Shown: positions 58,714-64,000 of the stretch, piece by piece
Layout of the letters: each line of letters opens with the position of its first letter
Position numbering within the stretch: the stretch's first letter is position 1
Assembly: GCA_038874135.1 (NCBI GenBank)
Contig: JAVZCZ010000001.1
Location: 751,219 to 815,218, forward strand
Origin: Candidatus Woesearchaeota archaeon
GTDB taxonomy: Archaea; Nanobdellota; Nanobdellia; Woesearchaeales; 0-14-0-80-44-23
DNA length: 64,000 bases
Reading direction: 5' to 3'
The notes under the pieces: generated by a model
The model's input: the letters and a program-made list of their open reading frames with translations, nothing else
Told to the model about the DNA's origin: nothing
Databases searched by the model: none
Made by a program: the position numbers and the translations under genes

Positions 58714-59499
58714 TCATATTGAGAATGAGTATGTGAAGCTTTTTCCAAGGTTTCCTTTTTCCTCTTTCAAATTTTTGTATGCTTCGTATATTTCTCTTCT
58801 CCTTTCCAGCACGAGTTTCATGACTCCCTCTTTGTGTCCAGCGCCTAGAACTGCGATGACTTTTTTTCCAGGATTTGACCTCATTATTTCAACTATCCTG
58901 CTAGCCATTATCCGATTCCTGTCCTCAACGAGCACTTCATACAAGCTAGGGTACCTCTTCTTAATCTCTTCAACAGCCCTTTTTACAACTTCATCTTCAG
59001 GCACTTTTTCAAGGTCAAGCTGAACATCCTGAGCAATCATTCCGCGCTTAAACAAAATTCCACTAATTAAGTCCCAAGCCATTCTGGAAGCCTCTCTAAG
59101 CGTGAATCTTCTGGAAAACTCTTTGAGTGTAATTTCAAGGTTTCTATCTATTAAGAAGATTGGAATTTCACGCCTTTTTGCTTCCATTATTGCAGCCTTC
59201 ATATCCACGCCAGGAGTAGAGCCTATGCTTTCGCCCAAACGCTTTTGAATTATTCCTCCAATCTTAGCAAAGAGGTATCCCTTGAAGCCCAACTTTTTTG
59301 TATCTGAAAGAGATGGCCCTCTCTTTTCTTCCAGTACGCTCATTAACGCCTGCATCCTGTTTGAGTCCAGTTCTAATGCGCAGATTTCCGGAGAAAATTC
59401 TGAAAACTTGTCCCTTATTAGTTTAGAGGTTGAGGTTGCAATGTGAGAGGTTCCAACTATGAGCAACCTTTTTTTAACATATTCTTCTGCCTCGTCCAT
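58714..59499 (-). CDS. TraB/PrgY/GumN-family protein
   Basis: An N-terminal LLIVGTSHIATSTS...ICALELD pattern characteristic of the TraB family. Confidence 0.55.
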   Translation of the reverse strand: MDEAEEYVKKRLLIVGTSHIATSTSKLIRDKFSEFSPEICALELDSNRMQALMSVLEEKRGPSLSDTKKLGFKGYLFAKIGGIIQKRLGESIGSTPGVDMKAAIMEAKRREIPIFLIDRNLEITLKEFSRRFTLREASRMAWDLISGILFKRGMIAQDVQLDLEKVPEDEVVKRAVEEIKKRYPSLYEVLVEDRNRIMASRIVEIMRSNPGKKVIAVLGAGHKEGVMKLVLERRREIYEAYKNLKEEKGNLGKSFTYSFSI

Positions 59500-59600
59500 T
59501 AAAATGGCTTTTTATAGTGCTCATTATAAAGTTTATGCGCAAGATTTAAATAGTAGCAATTAAATAGTCAGCCCATCCAAAAATATGGAGGGATAAGGCT

Positions 59601-59894
59601 ATGCTCAAGATGAAGAGGATAAGTGAGATGTATGGTATGAAGGTTTTTACTGATGCTGGCGACTATTTTGGAGATGTAGAAGAGGCTGTGCTTACCTCTT
59701 CCAAGATTTATGGGTGGAGAATAAGGGCAGGCAGGGAGTCATTCCTGGGAAAGATTTTGGGAGGAGGAGCTAAGGGTGTAATTGTGCCTCACCACTTTGT
59801 TGAGAGTATAGGGGATGTTATGATTATAAGGAAGCTCGCAATACCCAGCTCTGCAACAGAAACAGCAGAGGAATCCCCGCGTGAAGAGGAGTAA
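59601..59894 (+). CDS. PRC-barrel domain protein
   Basis: 97 aa with a G.KV....G...G.V.....D pattern typical of small archaeal PRC-barrel proteins. Confidence 0.55.
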   Translation: MLKMKRISEMYGMKVFTDAGDYFGDVEEAVLTSSKIYGWRIRAGRESFLGKILGGGAKGVIVPHHFVESIGDVMIIRKLAIPSSATETAEESPREEE

Positions 59895-59930
59895 TTTCTT
59901 CTTTTTACCCTGTTCTTCTGTTATCCGCTT

Positions 59931-60410
59931 ATGTCTAAGACGCTCAAATTTTTGAACACTAGAGATGCAAAGGAAGTATTAAATATTGTGAAGGAGCAGT
60001 GGGGTGCTGATTTAATATCTGAAGGATTTCTTGATAAGTTTGCTCTCATGCAGGACTCAAATAACAACATATTCATAATTTCTAAAGGAGTCTCAGCGCT
60101 CAACAGTGTCAAGCATTTGAGAATTGACTCGGCAGGATTATACTTTGGAGAATTGAAAAATGGTAATCTCAGATTGAGTATTGAAGGTTCTCAAATTGTT
60201 GGCAGGCATGCTTCAAAGAACATAGTTAAACTTTCAAGAGAGGAATGTTCTGAATGGATGAAGGGCAACTCAATTAGAAAAGACATCCCATCACACCAAG
60301 GGTACCTCATTGTTAAATACGAAAACTATTTTCTAGGCTGCGGCAGAATTAAGGACGGAATGCTCCTAAACTTTATCCCGAAGGTCAGGCGGGTTTCTGA
60401 GCCCTGGTAA
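59931..60410 (+). CDS. Nip7-like ribosome biogenesis factor (PUA domain)
   Basis: 159 aa. GLYFGELKNGNLRLSIEG and KDIPSHQGYLIVKYENYFLGCG align with the Nip7 motifs ...GICLGKF..GKFRL.I... and DDIPEHAGVIVF..NDVPLGFG. Confidence 0.55.
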   Translation: MSKTLKFLNTRDAKEVLNIVKEQWGADLISEGFLDKFALMQDSNNNIFIISKGVSALNSVKHLRIDSAGLYFGELKNGNLRLSIEGSQIVGRHASKNIVKLSREECSEWMKGNSIRKDIPSHQGYLIVKYENYFLGCGRIKDGMLLNFIPKVRRVSEPW

Positions 60411-61233
60411 GCTTATCTGCTTCTTCTAAAATTCTTAAAAGGTTCTCATACTTCAGGTTTTGTATCTTCTTATTGAGTATTCCCCTTCCAAGAGGGATTC
60501 TGCTAACTAGTATTCCAGCTTCCCTCTTTGTTATTTTAAGCATTTTTATGAAGATTTCACGAAGAGCATTCTTAACTAGCTTATCCCGCTGCAGGTAAAG
60601 CTCTCTAAGAAGGTATCTCTGAAACATAAGCTCAGAGGAGAGTGCTTCTTCAATACTTATTGGCTCGCGCTTCCTCACACTTACAAGTACGGTTCTGGCC
60701 TTTGGTGCCGGGCTGAATGATTCTGGAAGTATCTCCCTCACGAAGTTCATTCTTAAAAATGCGTCTGCAAAAAGCCCAAGCTTCGTATTCTTGGCAGCTA
60801 TCCTATCTGAGAACCTCTTGGGAAGGAGCAATATGGCTTTTTCATATTCTCTTAGGAAGAGTTGGTGCATAAGCGGCTCACAAATTAGGAATGGCGTGCT
60901 GGATATTATTTTGTTGAAATTAATTTTGGATATCACCTTAATTGCATCGCCTAATATCGGCTCTACATAGTCTAAGTGTTGAACTTCCTTTTTCAGGATT
61001 TCAAATGTTTTAGGTTCAATTTCAACTGCATAGACCTTTTTGCATTTTGGGATGTTCTTAGTAATTGTGCCTATGCCAGCTCCGACTTCAAAGATAATGT
61101 CTTCAGGCATGACTTCCAAGAGCGTTATTATTTCCATTATGTTGTCCCTATTGTTAAGAAAATGCTGATCCATTGACGGATCTGGACTGAAATGATACCT
61201 CTTAAAAATTATGTCCAGCTCATCTTCTTCCAT
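60385..61233 (-). CDS. ksgA: 16S/18S rRNA adenine dimethyltransferase (KsgA/Dim1)
   Basis: QHFL.N, a SAM motif VFEVGAGIGTIT, and a KIISSTPFLICEPL substrate loop (like NLPYNISTPL). Confidence 0.65.
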   Translation of the reverse strand: MEEDELDIIFKRYHFSPDPSMDQHFLNNRDNIMEIITLLEVMPEDIIFEVGAGIGTITKNIPKCKKVYAVEIEPKTFEILKKEVQHLDYVEPILGDAIKVISKINFNKIISSTPFLICEPLMHQLFLREYEKAILLLPKRFSDRIAAKNTKLGLFADAFLRMNFVREILPESFSPAPKARTVLVSVRKREPISIEEALSSELMFQRYLLRELYLQRDKLVKNALREIFIKMLKITKREAGILVSRIPLGRGILNKKIQNLKYENLLRILEEADKLTRAQKPA

Positions 61234-61281
61234 GCACTCTCACTTTTGTTAGAGAATTTATAACTTTTTCTTTTTAGTAAT

Positions 61282-61686
61282 TCACGCTTCTCTTATTGTG
61301 ACTAAAATCCTGGATTTCGGGCTTTTAAGATACTTCACAAGATCTCTTGACATTTGAGAAGCCGCCTTATCAGCCAATACGCCCAGCGTCCTTTCTGATT
61401 CATAGTCACTTTTTCTTATTACAATCTCCCGGTCAGAGCTAAAACTTTTATTCAGCACTGCTCTAATAGTTTCTCTGATGCCGTTTCCGCATATTTCAAT
61501 TTCAATCATATGCGATTTTACCATTTTAATGAACTCTTGGATGGCTTCTGGAGAAAAATCAGCGCTGACACCAAGAATGCAGTCTCCATTCTTAGTTAAT
61601 TCAGAGTCCTTAGTAAATTCTATTGTTTTTTTATGAGTGGCAAGTATGTTTTTATGTCCAAAGGCGTTAAAACTGACCTGCGCCAT
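61282..61686 (-). CDS. Hypothetical small protein
   Basis: The start is trimmed to the internal Met (MAQVSF...) to remove a 74-bp overlap with the 61697-61948 ORF. Confidence 0.4.
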   Translation of the reverse strand: MAQVSFNAFGHKNILATHKKTIEFTKDSELTKNGDCILGVSADFSPEAIQEFIKMVKSHMIEIEICGNGIRETIRAVLNKSFSSDREIVIRKSDYESERTLGVLADKAASQMSRDLVKYLKSPKSRILVTIREA

Positions 61687-61696
61687 TTCAAAATTC

Positions 61697-61948
61697 CTAC
61701 TGCAAAACTTCGTCAATGGGCTTCTTCTTCTCTTCTTTCTTCTGTTCAGACTGCTTCTGCCCAAGCTCAACTCCCAAATCTTTCAAAGACTTAAGATGCA
61801 TCTGCATAAGCTGTTCAACTATTGAGAGGGTCTTCAAAAATTCTTCCCTTTCCTTGGCAAGAGTAGCCAAAGCCCCCTTATGGAATCCAATTTGTTCTTC
61901 TCTGCTCATTTCGCCCTTCTTCTCAGCCATTTTTCTCACACTCCCCAT
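61697..61948 (-). CDS. Small coiled-coil protein
   Basis: 83 aa, helical and K/E-rich. It overlaps the aIF5B stop by 13 nt. Confidence 0.35.
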   Translation of the reverse strand: MGSVRKMAEKKGEMSREEQIGFHKGALATLAKEREEFLKTLSIVEQLMQMHLKSLKDLGVELGQKQSEQKKEEKKKPIDEVLQ

Positions 61949-63732
61949 AATTTATTCTCTTTTCTCATCTCCAGAGCAATTTCTCTCAGAGCCTCAACCT
62001 CATCTTCCCTTAAGTATTCCTTATAATTTTTTATCTTTACAAAATCGCTTTCAGGCATAAATGAATATAAAACATCTCCAGGATTGAGCTGTCTTCCTAT
62101 AGTAACACCTTCCAGGCTAACTGCTACTTGTTTGCCCTTAACCGCAGCAGGTATGCTCTGATTTTCCTCCTGTATTGTTTTTACTACTGTAACCTTTTTG
62201 CCATCCTTCATCAGAGGGGTTTCGGGCTTCAGAGTGCCTAACAGCACTTCAACTCCAACAATTGCCGGATTGCTCTTCCTAAATATGAAGTTTGGAAGTA
62301 TCTGAATCTTGCACGGAGAGGTTATTGAACTCAGAGCAGCTCTTTCCAACTCTTCCTTTCTGGCATCTCTCCACCTTTCAAACTCGTCAAGTAGATTATA
62401 TATTATGTTAGAAGTGATTATCTTAACCTTTGAAGAGTTCAAATACTCTTTAGCCTCCTTGTTAGGTGAGGATTCAAATGCAACTATCACTGCATTAAGC
62501 GGTTCCCTCTCCAAAGATGCCTCTGCATCTATAACATCGCTTTTAGTAATTGCTCCGAGCCCAACCTTTCTTATCTTTATCCCGCTGTTCTTAAAGAGGG
62601 TTACAACAGCTTCTAATGCTCCCAAATTTGCAGCCTTAACTATTATCCCTTCCTCCTCTGTTTCTATGAATATCTTTTTTATATCCCCCTGAACTTCATC
62701 TGATACTATACTTATCTCATTTTCCTTCCTGCATCCTAAAAAGGGCATTCCTGCAAGCATGCCTTCTGTTTCAGAACATTTGAGGCAAACTGAGGTAGCA
62801 GCAACAGCTTCCTCAACCTGCACAAGTTCATACCTTTTATCCTTTCTCGTAGGAGCCTTCTTTTCAAATATAGCTCTCACCTTAGCAGAAATGGGTCTCT
62901 CAACTCCCCCTACAACTATGAAATCTCCTTTTCTTAGAGTTCCATCATAAATTACTGCTTCAACAGTGCTTCCAAGGCCGGGTTCTTCCTTAACTTCTAA
63001 GATTGAGCCTTTAGCGTTTCCCTCAGCAGTGCAGTGAAGTCCTGAGCTTAGATATCTCTGCACAAGCCCCACTATCAAGCTTAGCAGTTCGGGAATTCCC
63101 TCGCCCGTTTTAGCAGAAACTGGAACTATTGCAATCTGTCTTGTAAAGTCCTCAACCCTGTCAAAACGTTCAGAAGCAAAGCCCATTGCGTACAATCTTT
63201 CCACTATGGTGTATATTCTCTGGTCTAGCAGCGCCTGCGTTTCACTACCCTGTTTTGAAATATTTTGTATGAGAAGCTCTTTAGGCATCGGTTCCCATCC
63301 AGGCACCATGTCAATCTTGTTTGCGGCAACTATGAACGGCGTCTTATTTGCTTTGAGAATGCCTATTACTTCCTCTGTTTGCGGCATGAACCCTTCATTT
63401 ACATCCACAACTACAACTGCAAAGTCAGCTATTGAGCCGCCCCTCTTTCTCAGGCTAACAAAGGCAGAGTGTCCCGGAGTGTCTATAAATAGTATCCCGG
63501 GAAGGTTGAAATTAATCTTTGACTTGCAAAGTATTGGCTCGCAGATGCTCTTTATGTTCTCTATAGGGATTAAATACGCATTTATGCTCTGTGTAATCTG
63601 GCCTGCTTCGGTCTTAGTTATTGAGCTGCCCATAATTCTGTCTAGCAGGGAAGACTTTCCATGGTCTACATGCCCTTCAAATACGCATATTGGGCTTCTG
63701 AGCCTCTTGTTGCTTGGGCACTGCTCTTCCAT
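61936..63732 (-). CDS. infB: Translation initiation factor aIF5B (IF2 homologue)
   Basis: G1 GHVDHGKSSLLD, G3 DTPGH, NKID and a C-terminal beta-barrel. 598 aa is typical of archaeal aIF5B. Confidence 0.85.
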   Translation of the reverse strand: MEEQCPSNKRLRSPICVFEGHVDHGKSSLLDRIMGSSITKTEAGQITQSINAYLIPIENIKSICEPILCKSKINFNLPGILFIDTPGHSAFVSLRKRGGSIADFAVVVVDVNEGFMPQTEEVIGILKANKTPFIVAANKIDMVPGWEPMPKELLIQNISKQGSETQALLDQRIYTIVERLYAMGFASERFDRVEDFTRQIAIVPVSAKTGEGIPELLSLIVGLVQRYLSSGLHCTAEGNAKGSILEVKEEPGLGSTVEAVIYDGTLRKGDFIVVGGVERPISAKVRAIFEKKAPTRKDKRYELVQVEEAVAATSVCLKCSETEGMLAGMPFLGCRKENEISIVSDEVQGDIKKIFIETEEEGIIVKAANLGALEAVVTLFKNSGIKIRKVGLGAITKSDVIDAEASLEREPLNAVIVAFESSPNKEAKEYLNSSKVKIITSNIIYNLLDEFERWRDARKEELERAALSSITSPCKIQILPNFIFRKSNPAIVGVEVLLGTLKPETPLMKDGKKVTVVKTIQEENQSIPAAVKGKQVAVSLEGVTIGRQLNPGDVLYSFMPESDFVKIKNYKEYLREDEVEALREIALEMRKENKLWGV

Positions 63733-63765
63733 GCATAAGAGAAATTTTGAGGTGCTTTTAAATCT

Positions 63766-64000
63766 TTACAAAATTTCAGAGCAGAGCCATCTGTAATATT
63801 CTTTATTTGCCTCAGCTTCCATTTTGAGAATGCAGGGAACATCGTATGGGTGAACCTTTTCAATTTCTCTTTTGACACTATTAAAATTGCTGGCTCTTGT
63901 TTTTAATATCAGTGCATATTCCCTTGCGCGCTCAACTCTTCCATTCCACTTATAGATACTGTCTATTCTGAACATATTTGCGCAGGCGACCAGCTTCTTA
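63766..64000 (-). CDS. cutA: Divalent-cation tolerance protein CutA, 5'-partial at the window edge
   Basis: KLVACANMFRIDSIYKWNG...HPYDVPCIL matches the CutA core (KLAAC...SLYYWEG...HPYE.P). The ORF stays open to position 64000. Confidence 0.65.
   Translation of the reverse strand, partial: KKLVACANMFRIDSIYKWNGRVERAREYALILKTRASNFNSVKREIEKVHPYDVPCILKMEAEANKEYYRWLCSEIL

Noticed and set aside
63206-63796. 196-aa plus-strand ORF
   Set aside because: It is fully antisense to the well-conserved aIF5B gene and is spurious.
1-64000. CRISPR arrays, cas genes, rRNA genes, IS elements or transposases
   Set aside because: No short direct-repeat/spacer periodicity was seen, and no rRNA-like or transposase-like ORFs. 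The only long repeats are the two in-frame coding cassettes.

Overview
This is a low-GC, AT-rich archaeal chromosome segment. Archaeal markers present are an intron-containing tRNA, aIF5B, ribosomal protein L10e, Nip7, a Nog1-type GTPase, KsgA/Dim1, archaeal-type AMP phosphorylase and a type IA topoisomerase. A DPANN-like or ectosymbiont lifestyle is plausible but unproven.

Positions 1 to about 41,000 form a dense island of cell-surface and secreted proteins. It holds three giant, heavily N-glycosylation-sequon-laden adhesin-like proteins of more than 1,000 to 2,612 aa, built from tandem Ig-like repeats. It also holds two membrane proteins with a TM-ectodomain-TM-cytoplasmic FtsK/HerA/T4CP-like P-loop ATPase topology, small ribbon-helix-helix regulators, CARDB domains, and an operon of secreted paralogues.

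Positions 41,000 to 64,000 are housekeeping genes. These include topA, rpl10e, a Nog1 GTPase, an HNH protein, AMP phosphorylase, an AI-2E transporter, four tRNAs (Val-GAC, Leu-TAA, intron-containing Thr-GGT, Gly-CCC), a CBS protein, a PHP phosphoesterase, KsgA, aIF5B and CutA.

The most unusual signal is two independent, perfectly duplicated in-frame cassettes: 1,156 bp at 4021-5176 = 8201-9356, and 656 bp at 19969-20624 = 30550-31205. Both have a strikingly alien GT-rich, A/C-poor composition with T/G-ending codons and an Arg/Val/Gly-rich protein composition. They are spliced in frame into otherwise native AT-rich genes. No CRISPR array, rRNA or recognisable transposase was seen.
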